Part shown: one piece after another, positions 28,183-37,554 of the stretch
How positions within the stretch are numbered: position 1 is the stretch's first letter
Layout of the letters: every line of letters begins with the position of its first letter
Assembly: GCA_027002475.1 (NCBI GenBank)
Contig: JALWZS010000038.1
Span: 46,032-110,031, forward strand
Length of the DNA stretch: 64,000 nt
Direction: 5' to 3'
DNA from: a bacterium
GTDB lineage: Bacteria; Patescibacteriota; 4484-211; GCA-002791395
Position numbers and translations under genes: made by a program
The notes under the pieces: generated by a model
What the model was told of the DNA's origin: nothing
What the model saw: only the letters and a program-made list of their open reading frames with translations
Database searches by the model: none

Positions 28183-28936
28183 GGTAACACTAAAAACTCC
28201 AGAAGAGATAGAAATAATGCATCAAAACGGCAAGATTTTAGCTCAAATCATGCGTGAGCTATTAGGAATGGTTGAGCCGGGCATAACAACTCTTGATATA
28301 GACAAGAAGGCTGATGAATTGGTTACTAAGCACGGCGTCAAGGCTGCATTTAAAGGTTTTGAGGGGTATCCGTATGGTCTTGTTGCGTGTGTGAATGAAG
28401 AGGTGGTTCATGGCATGCCAGCAAAGGATAAGGTGTTAAAAGATGGGGACGTTTTAACCCTTGATTATGGTGTGTATGCAAATGGTTTTTACTCAGATAT
28501 GGCGCGCACTATTGTTGTTGGTGCTTCAACTCCAAAACTGGATGCTTTCTTAGAAACGGGTAAAAAGGCGCTACTTAATGCAATTGATAAGGCAAAGGTG
28601 GGTGGGCATCTTGGTGACATTGGGCATGCAATTCAGTCAACGGTTGAGGGCAATGGTTACTCTGTAGTTAGGGCATTTGTTGGACATGGCGTCGGTCGCG
28701 AATTGCATGAAGAGCCACAGGTTTATGGTGTTGGTGTGCCCGGGCGCGGGATGGTGCTTAGGGAAGGTTTGGTGATTGCGATTGAAGTAATGTATATGAT
28801 GGGCTCATATGAGGTAGAAATGCTTGATGATGGTTGGACTGCGGTAACGGCTGATGGCTCTATCTCTGGAATGTTTGAAAATACGGTTGCAATTACACGA
28901 AAAGGTCCACTAATCCTGACTCCGTTACCGCTATAA
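28175..28936 (+). CDS. map: methionine aminopeptidase type I
   Basis: VNEEVVHG, DYG...SD, GHGVGRELHEEP, AIE. Confidence 0.95.
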   Translation: MDEVTLKTPEEIEIMHQNGKILAQIMRELLGMVEPGITTLDIDKKADELVTKHGVKAAFKGFEGYPYGLVACVNEEVVHGMPAKDKVLKDGDVLTLDYGVYANGFYSDMARTIVVGASTPKLDAFLETGKKALLNAIDKAKVGGHLGDIGHAIQSTVEGNGYSVVRAFVGHGVGRELHEEPQVYGVGVPGRGMVLREGLVIAIEVMYMMGSYEVEMLDDGWTAVTADGSISGMFENTVAITRKGPLILTPLPL

Positions 28937-28988
28937 TTTTTGTTTTCTTCTTACCTTTTGGCTATAAGATATATAATGTTTGTAAGGC

Positions 28989-29861
28989 ATGGAAGCTAGT
29001 AAACACTTATTGGTACTACGCGCAATTATAGAGAACAAAAACAATAGTCTCTTGTTAGTCAAACGCTCAATGGATAGGAGTTATAACCCGGGAAAGTGGG
29101 AATTACCGGGTGGTAAAGTAGCTCCCGGCCAGAGTTTAGGGGATGCATTGGATCGGATAGTCCATGAAGAGTTAGGTGTTATAACACAAGGTGCGCTTAA
29201 TCGCCATTACGTAATTGATAAGCTTGTTACAGATGGTAAGTACAAGGGATTTACTTATGTTGAAGTGGCAACGCCGGCATATTATGCGGGTGGTGTGCCA
29301 AAAGTTGGGTCTGTGGATTTGGTTTCATATGACTGGGTGCCTATGGGCAAGGTGCTTGATTATGATTTATCGTTTGAATCTAAAAAGAATTTAGTAAAAT
29401 ATCTTGCAGATGTCAACGCTAGTTCGTCGAAGACGGCTAATGTTATCTTAGTTTCTAGGGCGCTTATTTCAAATGATAAAGGAGAGTTTTTGTTAATAAA
29501 GCGCGCCAGCACAGAGAGATATCCTGATAAGTGGGAGATACCTGGTGGAAAATTAGATTCGTTTGAATCGCTTGAAGCGAATCTAGTTCGTGAGGTGTTG
29601 GAAGAAACTGGTCTTTTAATTGAGAACATCTATCCAAACATCCACTCATACGTAAAGGTTGGTAATCAAGGTGAGCAAAAGGGGATAACATTTGTAAATA
29701 TTATGAGTGTAGCTAAGGCTAAAACACAAAAGATCAGATTGGGTCCAGATCACAGTGAATATAAATGGTTGCGACCAAATGAGATATTAAACTTACCGCT
29801 AGTTGATTATGTTAAGCTGCCGCTCACTGAGGTGTTATATAAACTTAATGCTAATTCATGA
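28989..29861 (+). CDS. tandem NUDIX hydrolase
   Basis: WELPGGK...HEELG and WEIPGGK...REVLEETG. Confidence 0.85.
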   Translation: MEASKHLLVLRAIIENKNNSLLLVKRSMDRSYNPGKWELPGGKVAPGQSLGDALDRIVHEELGVITQGALNRHYVIDKLVTDGKYKGFTYVEVATPAYYAGGVPKVGSVDLVSYDWVPMGKVLDYDLSFESKKNLVKYLADVNASSSKTANVILVSRALISNDKGEFLLIKRASTERYPDKWEIPGGKLDSFESLEANLVREVLEETGLLIENIYPNIHSYVKVGNQGEQKGITFVNIMSVAKAKTQKIRLGPDHSEYKWLRPNEILNLPLVDYVKLPLTEVLYKLNANS

Positions 29862-29907
29862 ACTTGAGTTTTTGCGCTTACTGATATAAAATTCCCACGT
29901 ACGAACT

Positions 29908-30147
29908 ATGGCAAATACAAAAGAAACTATAGTAAAAAGTGGTGAGGTGCTTGAGACCTTGCCAAATACTATGTTTCGGGTACAATTGGATGGCGAATCT
30001 GAGGGTGATGAAGGGCGAGTGATTACTGCAGTTATTGCAGGAAAACTTAGAAAGCATTACATTCGGATTTTGCCAGGCGATCGAGTTGATGTTGAGTTTT
30101 CACCATACGACTTAGATCGTGGGCGAATAGTATATAGATACAAATAA
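29908..30147 (+). CDS. infA: translation initiation factor IF-1
   Basis: [27 protein letters not shown]. Confidence 0.97.
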   Translation: MANTKETIVKSGEVLETLPNTMFRVQLDGESEGDEGRVITAVIAGKLRKHYIRILPGDRVDVEFSPYDLDRGRIVYRYK

Positions 30148-30148
30148 T

Positions 30149-30262
30149 ATGAAAGTCAGACCATCGGTAAAAAAAATGTGTGATAATTGCAAGATTGTAA
30201 GGCGCAAAGGCGTTGTTAGGGTTATATGTAGCAATCCTAAGCACAAGCAAAGACAAGGTTAA
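30149..30262 (+). CDS. rpmJ: 50S ribosomal protein L36 (absent from ORF track)
   Basis: Manual translation [37 protein letters not shown]. Confidence 0.98.
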   Translation: MKVRPSVKKMCDNCKIVRRKGVVRVICSNPKHKQRQG

Positions 30263-30263
30263 T

Positions 30264-30653
30264 ATGGCAAGGATTTTAGGAGTTGATATACCAGATAATA
30301 AAAAGGTTCCTTACGCATTAAGGTACATCAAAGGTGTGGGACCAGCTATTGCCAACGAAGTAGTCGAGCGTTTAGGGTTAGACCCCAACATGCGAGCTAA
30401 AGACTTAACCGAAGAAGACTTAAGTAAGATCGCTAACCTTTTGGATAAAGAATATATTGTAGAGGGTGAACTGATTCGTAGGGTTAAAGATAATATTAAG
30501 CGTTTGATTGACATTAAAAGTTACCGTGGGAAAAGGCATCGACTTAGCCTTCCTGTGCGAGGACAGCGAACAAGGTATAATGCCAGAACTAGAAAAGGGC
30601 CACGTAAGGTGGTGTCTGGTGTTAGTGTAAGAAAAGCTGTAAGTAAGACCTAA
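30264..30653 (+). CDS. rpsM: 30S ribosomal protein S13
   Basis: MARILGVDIP, LPVRGQRT. Confidence 0.98.
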   Translation: MARILGVDIPDNKKVPYALRYIKGVGPAIANEVVERLGLDPNMRAKDLTEEDLSKIANLLDKEYIVEGELIRRVKDNIKRLIDIKSYRGKRHRLSLPVRGQRTRYNARTRKGPRKVVSGVSVRKAVSKT

Positions 30654-30658
30654 AGAAT

Positions 30659-31051
30659 ATGGCTAAAACGAAACCAACAAAGAAAAAAAAGAAAAACCTT
30701 AAATTACCTAAAGAAGGTAAGGTTTATGTAACATCTACGTTTAATAACACAATCCTTACTGTTACTGATGTTGAGGGTAAGGTTATTACATGGGGAAGTG
30801 CTGGTACTGCAGGCTTTAAGGGAACCCGTAAGTCAACGCCTTTTGCAGCAACAACCAGTGCGCAAAAAGTGGCTGATGATATTAAAAGCAGAGGGATGGA
30901 AACTGTTGATATTTACATAAAGGGAATTGGAATGGGGCGAGATGCAGCAATTAGGGCAATTAGAGCTGCAGGACTAGATGTTCGCTCAATTTCAGATATT
31001 AGCCCAATGCCACACAATGGCTGCAGGCCACGCAAGAGACCAAGGAATTAA
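30659..31051 (+). CDS. rpsK: 30S ribosomal protein S11
   Basis: TFNNTI, KSTPFAA, PHNGCRP. Confidence 0.98.
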   Translation: MAKTKPTKKKKKNLKLPKEGKVYVTSTFNNTILTVTDVEGKVITWGSAGTAGFKGTRKSTPFAATTSAQKVADDIKSRGMETVDIYIKGIGMGRDAAIRAIRAAGLDVRSISDISPMPHNGCRPRKRPRN

Positions 31052-31052
31052 T

Positions 31053-31625
31053 ATGGCACGATATACAGGACCAGATAAAAAATATAAGAAGCGTTTTGCA
31101 CTGCTAGCTGACTCGGGAAGTACTGCAAATGCTAGGACTAGGTTTCGCAGAAAATCCGTCTATGGTGTTAGGCTAGAGGAGAAACAAAAGCTTAAATTTA
31201 TTTATGGCGTACTAGAAAAGCAATTTAGGCGATATTATAACGAGGCAAGGCGTGAGGCAGCTAACACTGGTCTTATTTTAATGCGACTTCTTGAGATGCG
31301 GCTTGATAATGTTGTGTATAGACTTGGCTTTGCAAAGACAAGAAGGGCGGCGCGTCAGCTTGTGAATCACGGTCATGTTTTGGTAAATGATAAAAAGGTT
31401 GATATCCCGTCGTATAATGTCAAGGTCGATGACGTCATTACGCTAAAGCAGAAGTCTTTAGAAATTCCAGACGTTAAGAAAATGCTTAATAATGAAGAGG
31501 ATTATACGGTTCCTAGTTGGTTGGCTAGGAAAGGACCGGTTGGTATGGTAAAATCTGTCCCAGCCGAAGATGATATGAGGACTGATGTTGATGTTCAGTT
31601 AATCATAGAGTATTATTCGAGGTAG
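31053..31625 (+). CDS. rpsD: 30S ribosomal protein S4
   Basis: MARYTGP, LEMRLDNVVYRLG, RQLVNHGH, IEYYSR. Confidence 0.98.
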   Translation: MARYTGPDKKYKKRFALLADSGSTANARTRFRRKSVYGVRLEEKQKLKFIYGVLEKQFRRYYNEARREAANTGLILMRLLEMRLDNVVYRLGFAKTRRAARQLVNHGHVLVNDKKVDIPSYNVKVDDVITLKQKSLEIPDVKKMLNNEEDYTVPSWLARKGPVGMVKSVPAEDDMRTDVDVQLIIEYYSR

Positions 31626-31643
31626 TTATTAGCGGTAAATAAG

Positions 31644-32549
31644 ATGAAATACGAAATAAAATACAAAGTAGTTGAAGAACCATCTGCAAACCGACAGATC
31701 GTTGAGATACAGCCACTAGAGCGCGGCTTTGGTCACACTTTAGGGAATGTTTTAAGGCGTGTTATGCTAGGTCACTTATCGGGTGCTGCAATAACTAAGG
31801 TTAAAATTGATGGGATTCAGCATGAATTTTCTCCAATTGCAGGTGTTCACGAAGATGTAGTTGATTTAATCCAAAATCTAAAGAAGGTTGACTTTAAGAT
31901 GGATCAAATTAAAACCCACATTGTTACGCTAAATGCTAGCGGTGCAGGCGAAGTTAAGGCAGGAGATCTTAAATGTCCTACGGGTATAGAGGTTGTTAAT
32001 AAGGATTTACACATTGCAACTCTTTCTGATAAAAAAAGCAAGCTTTCCATGGAGCTAACCGTTGAGTACGGTAAGGGGTATAAATTGCCTGAATCGGTTG
32101 AGAAAAAACAAGTAGGTGTTATCCCAGTTGACGCAAACTTTTCTCCAATTGTGCTTGTTTCATACACAGTTGAAAGCGCTCGTGTCGGTCGAGAGGCAAA
32201 CCTCGATAAGTTGGTTATGGACATTACAACAGATGGTTCGATTGAACCAAAAACTGCTCTGCAACAGGCAAGTGCCATTCTTGTTGAGTACTTCCAACTT
32301 TTAGCGGGAGATACTGAAGTTTATAAGGAGGAGGTTAAGCAAGAAGCAACTCCTGCCGAAGCAAATACTGAAACCAAAGTGTATATAGAGGAATTAGGGC
32401 TTCCAACTCGAGTAATAAACACTCTTAAAAAGGCAGGATATGAGACTGCAGAGGATATCAAAGCGGCGGGTGAATCTGGTCTTGCCAATGTGAAAAACAT
32501 TGGACCAAAGACTGTAGCGTCGTTACTCAAAAAAGTTGAAGAGCTTTAA
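31644..32549 (+). CDS. rpoA: RNA polymerase alpha subunit
   Basis: PLERGFGHTLGNVLRR, HEFS, DANFSP. Confidence 0.97.
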   Translation: MKYEIKYKVVEEPSANRQIVEIQPLERGFGHTLGNVLRRVMLGHLSGAAITKVKIDGIQHEFSPIAGVHEDVVDLIQNLKKVDFKMDQIKTHIVTLNASGAGEVKAGDLKCPTGIEVVNKDLHIATLSDKKSKLSMELTVEYGKGYKLPESVEKKQVGVIPVDANFSPIVLVSYTVESARVGREANLDKLVMDITTDGSIEPKTALQQASAILVEYFQLLAGDTEVYKEEVKQEATPAEANTETKVYIEELGLPTRVINTLKKAGYETAEDIKAAGESGLANVKNIGPKTVASLLKKVEEL

Positions 32550-32606
32550 TAAAAGTCCTCTTTATTCTATATTCTTCCTCGCGTCTTTACCTGCAGAAAG
32601 GTAAGT

Positions 32607-32984
32607 ATGAATAAAAGAAAAAATACAGTAAAACTAAGCAGAGATAAAGGGCACCGCGATGCGCTTCTTAGAAATATGGCGCAAGATCTTATTTTGCGAG
32701 AGAAAATTAAGACCACATTGGCTAAAGCAAAGGCGTTACGACCGTTTGTTGAGCCATTGATTACAAGAGCACGTGAAGATACTCCACATAACCGCCGATT
32801 GGTGGGTAGGGTTTTGTACACAAAAGAAGCACTCGACAAGTTGTTTAAAGAAGTTGCTCCACGATATCGAGAGCGTAAAGGTGGTTACACTCGTATAGTA
32901 AAATTAGGTGCACGTTCAGGAGATGCTGCCGAAGCGGCAGTAATTATGTTGGTTGAAGAAAAAAAGGAAGATAAAAAGAAATGA
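32607..32984 (+). CDS. rplQ: 50S ribosomal protein L17
   Basis: IKTTLAKAK, RKGGYTRIVK. Confidence 0.97.
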   Translation: MNKRKNTVKLSRDKGHRDALLRNMAQDLILREKIKTTLAKAKALRPFVEPLITRAREDTPHNRRLVGRVLYTKEALDKLFKEVAPRYRERKGGYTRIVKLGARSGDAAEAAVIMLVEEKKEDKKK

Positions 32985-33412
32985 AAACGAAAAACGTAGT
33001 AAAGCCAAAAAAAATTGAAAGGAAATGGTATGTCGTTGATGCTAAGGGTAAGGTAGTTGGACGGTTGGCGTCTAAAATCGCTACCGTTTTACAAGGGAAA
33101 AATAATCCATACTATAGTCCACAGTGGGACATGGGAGATCACGTAGTTGTTATAAATTCTGACGAAGTTGTGTTTACAGGTAAAAAGGAAACCGATAAGG
33201 TGTACTATCGCCATACTGGATATCCTGGAGGTATTAAAGGCGAAACCCCACGTGATGTTAGACTTCGGGATTCCCGCTTGATTATTGAACGTGCAGTTAG
33301 GCGCATGCTCCCTAAAAATAAATTAGCTAAAGAGATGATAAAGAAATTGCATGTGTTTAAAGATGATAAGCACACGTATGAGGCTCAAAAGCCACAAACG
33401 CTAGATATATAA
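32981..33412 (+). CDS. rplM: 50S ribosomal protein L13
   Basis: WYVVDA, GRLAS, HTGYPGG, AVRRMLPKN. Confidence 0.98.
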   Translation: MKTKNVVKPKKIERKWYVVDAKGKVVGRLASKIATVLQGKNNPYYSPQWDMGDHVVVINSDEVVFTGKKETDKVYYRHTGYPGGIKGETPRDVRLRDSRLIIERAVRRMLPKNKLAKEMIKKLHVFKDDKHTYEAQKPQTLDI

Positions 33413-33420
33413 AAACTAAC

Positions 33421-33834
33421 ATGGCAAAAGAAGAAACTAAAAAAGACAAAATAGTTTGGATATCAGGGCGAAGAAAGACCTCTGTTGCTCGAGTAAAAAT
33501 GAGCAAGGGCAAAGGGGCATTTACTATTGATGAGAAAAGCATAGAAGAGGTATTTCCTCAACTCCTTGATAGAGAAAAATTACTTAAGCCGTTTAAGGTA
33601 GCTGGGCGTGACGTAAAAGGTTATGACATTTCAATTAAGCTTTCTGGTGGTGGGAAAAAGAGTCAATTGATTGCTGCACAGTTAGGGCTTGCAAAGGCTT
33701 TGGTTGAAATGGAAGCTAACTTAAGACCACTTCTTAAAGATGCAGATCTTCTAACTCGAGATCCAAGAATGAAGGAGCGAAAGAAATACGGATTGAAGCG
33801 TGCACGTAAAGCTCCTCAATTTAGTAAGAGGTAA
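33421..33834 (+). CDS. rpsI: 30S ribosomal protein S9
   Basis: GRRKTSVARV, LTRDPRMKERKK, PQFSKR. Confidence 0.98.
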   Translation: MAKEETKKDKIVWISGRRKTSVARVKMSKGKGAFTIDEKSIEEVFPQLLDREKLLKPFKVAGRDVKGYDISIKLSGGGKKSQLIAAQLGLAKALVEMEANLRPLLKDADLLTRDPRMKERKKYGLKRARKAPQFSKR

Positions 33835-33898
33835 CCTTTTACTCTCAAGTTAAATCCTACTAAATGAAAAGGCATAGAATTGCCTGCTACGTCGCTAG

Positions 33899-33922
33899 AT
33901 TTAAGAGCTTACCTCTTAAATC
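33899..33922. repeat. 24-bp palindromic repeat, copy 1
   Basis: ATTTAAGAGCTTACCTCTTAAATC; 23/24 identical to 57675-57698. Confidence 0.7.
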
Positions 33923-33925
33923 GAT

Positions 33926-34576
33926 CTATTCTTGATTGATATCTTTTGAAAGTAGCGCGATGTTATACCTAAGCTTTTTAAGTAAAGTGCATTCGGGATA
34001 CTTTTTTTCTATTAATTCTAGATGTTCCTTCCAACGTTTGAGTTTTTCGGTAGGAGAAAAGTGAAAAACACTCCAAGGTATGACCTTACCCTGCTCGAGC
34101 ATCCTAACTAGATCGTTTGTGTTCTCAATCATATCTGCGCATTTGATAAAAAGCGCCTTTTCTGGCGCTTCCTTTAGCCTATCAAAGGAGTCCTGCTTCC
34201 TAAGAGAGCGGTTCTTGATTGTTTTGTCATCAGATAGTGCCCATACAATGTCCGCGATTTCTGGGGTTAGCTCGTATCCGAGTGTTGATTTAGCTACATT
34301 ATTGTTATGCTCTTCGTCGTTTTCGTCTTCTAAAACATCGTGAACAATCGCAGCAGCAATTAACTCATTTGACGCGCCTGCTTGATAGAGAATGTGGGCT
34401 ACTCGTAGTGGATGGATTAAGTATGGAGCATTTTCGATTCTTCTTTTTTTGCCGTTGTGTTTTTTCTTGGCAATTTCTATAGCTTTTGTTATTAACGGGG
34501 AGTTTGGCAGATTACTTATGAGTTTATCGATTTCGTTAGCCATAAATATAGGCAGAATTTTCTCATAAAGAGACAT
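33926..34576 (-). CDS. stand-alone RelA/SpoT-type HD hydrolase (small alarmone hydrolase-like)
   Basis: PYLIHPLRVA, AIVHDVLED, IKCADMIEN. Confidence 0.8.
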   Translation of the reverse strand: MSLYEKILPIFMANEIDKLISNLPNSPLITKAIEIAKKKHNGKKRRIENAPYLIHPLRVAHILYQAGASNELIAAAIVHDVLEDENDEEHNNNVAKSTLGYELTPEIADIVWALSDDKTIKNRSLRKQDSFDRLKEAPEKALFIKCADMIENTNDLVRMLEQGKVIPWSVFHFSPTEKLKRWKEHLELIEKKYPECTLLKKLRYNIALLSKDINQE

Positions 34577-35431
34577 CTAGTGCAAAGTATTTTTCCGGTA
34601 CCACTCGAACAAGAATTGACCTGCATAAAGGGCATACCCGCCAAACTGTTGCTTGGTAAACTCACGGTATTCTTGATACTTTAAGTTTCCTGATAAGCCG
34701 TAAAGATCTACTAATATTCGTTTTCCCCATACATCCATTGGCGTTACGTTCTCAAACCCTGCAGCAAATGCCAGTACGCAGTCCGCAATTTTATCTCCGA
34801 CTCCATGAAGTTTTAGTAACTCTTCTCTTAACTTAGTTTCATTCATCTGTAAATATCTTTCACTTAGTCGTTTTTCCGTTAGTAATTTGGCAGTTTCTTT
34901 TAAGTATTTTGCTCGAAATCCTACACTTGTTTTTTGTAGGTCTTTGATGCTAAGAGATGCAATCTTTTTAGCGGTAGGGAATAAATTGACCTTGCCTATT
35001 CCTGGAATATTTATCTTTTCTCCAAATAGCTTAGAAAGTTTCCTAACCGATCTTCGAATAGATTTTATATTGTTATTTGCAGAAATAATAAAAGTTAGCA
35101 CCGTGTAGTTAAACGGTTGTTTTAAGACTCTTATGTTAGGGTGTGTTTTTATGGCTTTCGCAATTATTGGATCTTGTTTGATAGTTTCAATTATTTTCAT
35201 ATAGTCTTTTTTTATTTGAAAGTACTCTTTTATAAAGCTAAGGTCGTTTTGTTTAGGATATGTTTGCCAATAAAGAGTATCTTTTGTTGGTCTAATGACG
35301 ATAGCATTGGTGTCTGTTGTTCCAAGGTAAGTTTTATTATCAGACAATTTATCCCAGCTAAATGACTGTCCTCCAAGCAAGGTTAAGTCGTAATTGAAAT
35401 CGGTTAACGGAATTTTATTAAAGCTAGCCAT
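34577..35431 (-). CDS. 8-oxoguanine DNA glycosylase (OGG1-type)
   Basis: GQSFSW, IISANNNI, GFRAKYL, HhH motif GVGDKIADCV, PMDVW. Confidence 0.9.
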   Translation of the reverse strand: MASFNKIPLTDFNYDLTLLGGQSFSWDKLSDNKTYLGTTDTNAIVIRPTKDTLYWQTYPKQNDLSFIKEYFQIKKDYMKIIETIKQDPIIAKAIKTHPNIRVLKQPFNYTVLTFIISANNNIKSIRRSVRKLSKLFGEKINIPGIGKVNLFPTAKKIASLSIKDLQKTSVGFRAKYLKETAKLLTEKRLSERYLQMNETKLREELLKLHGVGDKIADCVLAFAAGFENVTPMDVWGKRILVDLYGLSGNLKYQEYREFTKQQFGGYALYAGQFLFEWYRKNTLH

Positions 35432-35464
35432 AGTTTTTAATTATAGCGTTAAAAAGTAACTTGC

Positions 35465-35493
35465 TTGACAAGGGCGACGCTATGGGTTAGTAT
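35465..35493 (+). promoter_or_regulatory. sigma70-type promoter of leader-ABC unit
   Basis: TTGACA-17 nt-TAGTAT. Confidence 0.65.
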
Positions 35494-35522
35494 GCTTGCG
35501 CCCCATGATTACAAATAAAAAT

Positions 35523-35639
35523 ATGACAACAAAACAAATTAAACAATTAATAAGGGTTGAAGTGGCTGTAGCTACCTTAAGCCTTGCCTGCGCTGGCTAC
35601 TGTAGTCGGCACATACTTTCGGATCCGCCTCGTCATTAA
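35523..35639 (+). CDS. putative 38-aa leader peptide
   Basis: MTTKQIKQLIRVEVAVATLSLACAGYCSRHILSDPPRH lies between the promoter and a hairpin. Confidence 0.5.
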   Translation: MTTKQIKQLIRVEVAVATLSLACAGYCSRHILSDPPRH

Positions 35640-35691
35640 CCGGAAACTGTACCGACTTGCATTAGCAAGCGGTACGGCTAAACGGTCTTTT
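35639..35691 (+). terminator. attenuator-like hairpin
   Basis: GTACCG-A-CTTGC-ATTA-GCAAG-CGGTAC, outer ACCG/CGGT pair, followed by a T run. Confidence 0.55.
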
Positions 35692-35741
35692 AAAACTAAA
35701 TATCTAGTCTTTTTTCCATATTTCACTCATAGGAGGCAGAA

Positions 35742-37490
35742 ATGTCTGCAATTCGTGCTTTACTCGAGGTTTTTGCTGTCTTTTGGGACATCGTCAAATC
35801 GGTCAGGAGGAGTTTCTACTTTTTCTTTGTACTGATTGTTGTCTATCAAGTGGTGAGTATCGTTGATACGTATGTACTAACATACTCAATCGAGTTTGTC
35901 GGCAAGCATAACGATTGGCAAAGTATTGCTGTTCTCGTTTTGGCGGTATATCTGTTTGACGAGTTTTTCAATCGTTATGACAACTACGTGGATTGGATAA
36001 TTATCATCAAGATTCTTAATCCTATCTACGTATACGTTAAGAAGATGACGCTAGATAGGTTTCTTAGCATGGACTTGTCTTGGCATCATCGCCAACGCTC
36101 TGGAGACCTTTTAACACGTGTTCAGCACGGAATCGACAAGCTGGACTCCATGGCGAACGACATTAGCTGGGAGTTAGCACCGACATTAGTTCAGTTCGTG
36201 CTCTCACTGGCTCCTCTCCTGTGGTTCAGCCCAATCTCGGCAGGGATTCTTGTTCTTTCGCTGCCGCTCTTTTTGCTGTTGTCCGTAAAAAAGCACAGGG
36301 CACAAAAGGAGCTACGCAAAGTTCGACACGACCACTACGCAGAAACTGGAGCGATTGCAATGGAGGCAGTAAACCACATCTCTACTGTTCAACTGTATTC
36401 GTTGCAAGAGCGCTTCATGGGCATGCTTAAAAACTCTCTTCAGATAATCACTGACGCGTTAACGAAAGAGGTTCATCTCGGGATCTATCGCTATGGTCGC
36501 TGGCAAAACCGCATTACGACGTGGGCTAAGCGCGCTGTAATGTTTCTTCTGATCTTACAGGTTCAACGTGGCGAAATAACCTTAGCTCAAGTGATCTTCC
36601 TCTGGGCAATTGTGGAAAAGCTTGTTCACTCGTTTTGGCGATTTGGTAGGTTGTATGACCATGCAGCCGATTCGTCGGAGGCGATATCAAGACTAGCTAA
36701 AATTCGTGATCTTAACTCCGGGATTAGTGTAGGTTCGCGCAATGCGCTTCCTGAGGACAAAACGCTTGAGCTTAACGGTGTTTCCTTTGCTTATAACGGT
36801 GGGGGCGACGCCTTAACTAACGTAACTTTTGGCTTCCAAGCAGGTAAGAGTTATGCCCTGATTGGTCCTTCTGGGGCAGGCAAATCAACGCTTGTTAAGC
36901 TTTTGATGCGCCTTATTGAGCCAACGCAGGGTGTTGTTACTCTCGGCGGAATCGATGTTAAAGAGTTTGGGCTTGAGAGCTTACGCTCTCTTTTCGCTGT
37001 TGTTGAGCAGGAGCCACCTGTAATCAATGACACGATTGCAGCAAACATTGCCTTGGGTAGTAGGAATGCTTCGTTTACTCAAATTGTAGCAGCGGCAAAA
37101 GCAGCCGACTTGCACGGTACGATTGAAGCGATGCCTGAGGGTTACGACACGAACGTTGGCGAGCGTGGTGTCCATCTATCTGGAGGACAAAAGCAACGTC
37201 TTGCAATCGCTCGTGCCTTTTTGCGAGATGCCCCGTTTCTGGTACTCGATGAACCTACCTCCGCATTGGACTCAGTTACGGAGAAGCGCATTCAGGAAAC
37301 TCTCAACGCCTTTCTAACTGACTCCGCAAAGACGGTCATAATCATTGCCCATCGCCTCTCTACAATTCGACATGTGGACGAGATAATCGTTTTGGACAAC
37401 GGGCGGGTTGTAGAGCAAGGCTCTCACAAAGAGTTACTTGCCCGTGGTGGTCTTTATGCCACTATGTGGTATGAGCAAGTAGGAGATTAG
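35742..37490 (+). CDS. ABC exporter, fused permease/ATPase
   Basis: N-terminal TM domain; GPSGAGKST, LSGGQKQR, LVLDEPTSALD, IAHRL; AGGAGG SD. Confidence 0.95.
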   Translation: MSAIRALLEVFAVFWDIVKSVRRSFYFFFVLIVVYQVVSIVDTYVLTYSIEFVGKHNDWQSIAVLVLAVYLFDEFFNRYDNYVDWIIIIKILNPIYVYVKKMTLDRFLSMDLSWHHRQRSGDLLTRVQHGIDKLDSMANDISWELAPTLVQFVLSLAPLLWFSPISAGILVLSLPLFLLLSVKKHRAQKELRKVRHDHYAETGAIAMEAVNHISTVQLYSLQERFMGMLKNSLQIITDALTKEVHLGIYRYGRWQNRITTWAKRAVMFLLILQVQRGEITLAQVIFLWAIVEKLVHSFWRFGRLYDHAADSSEAISRLAKIRDLNSGISVGSRNALPEDKTLELNGVSFAYNGGGDALTNVTFGFQAGKSYALIGPSGAGKSTLVKLLMRLIEPTQGVVTLGGIDVKEFGLESLRSLFAVVEQEPPVINDTIAANIALGSRNASFTQIVAAAKAADLHGTIEAMPEGYDTNVGERGVHLSGGQKQRLAIARAFLRDAPFLVLDEPTSALDSVTEKRIQETLNAFLTDSAKTVIIIAHRLSTIRHVDEIIVLDNGRVVEQGSHKELLARGGLYATMWYEQVGD

Positions 37491-37498
37491 AGTAGCCT

Positions 37499-37533
37499 AA
37501 GGGGTGTGTGCCTTAAGCGCACGCCCCTTTTTT
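37499..37533 (+). terminator. intrinsic terminator
   Basis: GGGGTGTGTGC-CTTAA-GCGCACGCCCC followed by a T run. Confidence 0.85.
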
Positions 37534-37554
37534 CATTTGTATGAAGTAGAGTCC

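Noticed and set aside
35584-35835. 83-aa ORF in the ABC leader
   Set aside because: TTG start, overlaps the hairpin and the ABC start, and has no motif; the 38-aa uORF fits the promoter better.
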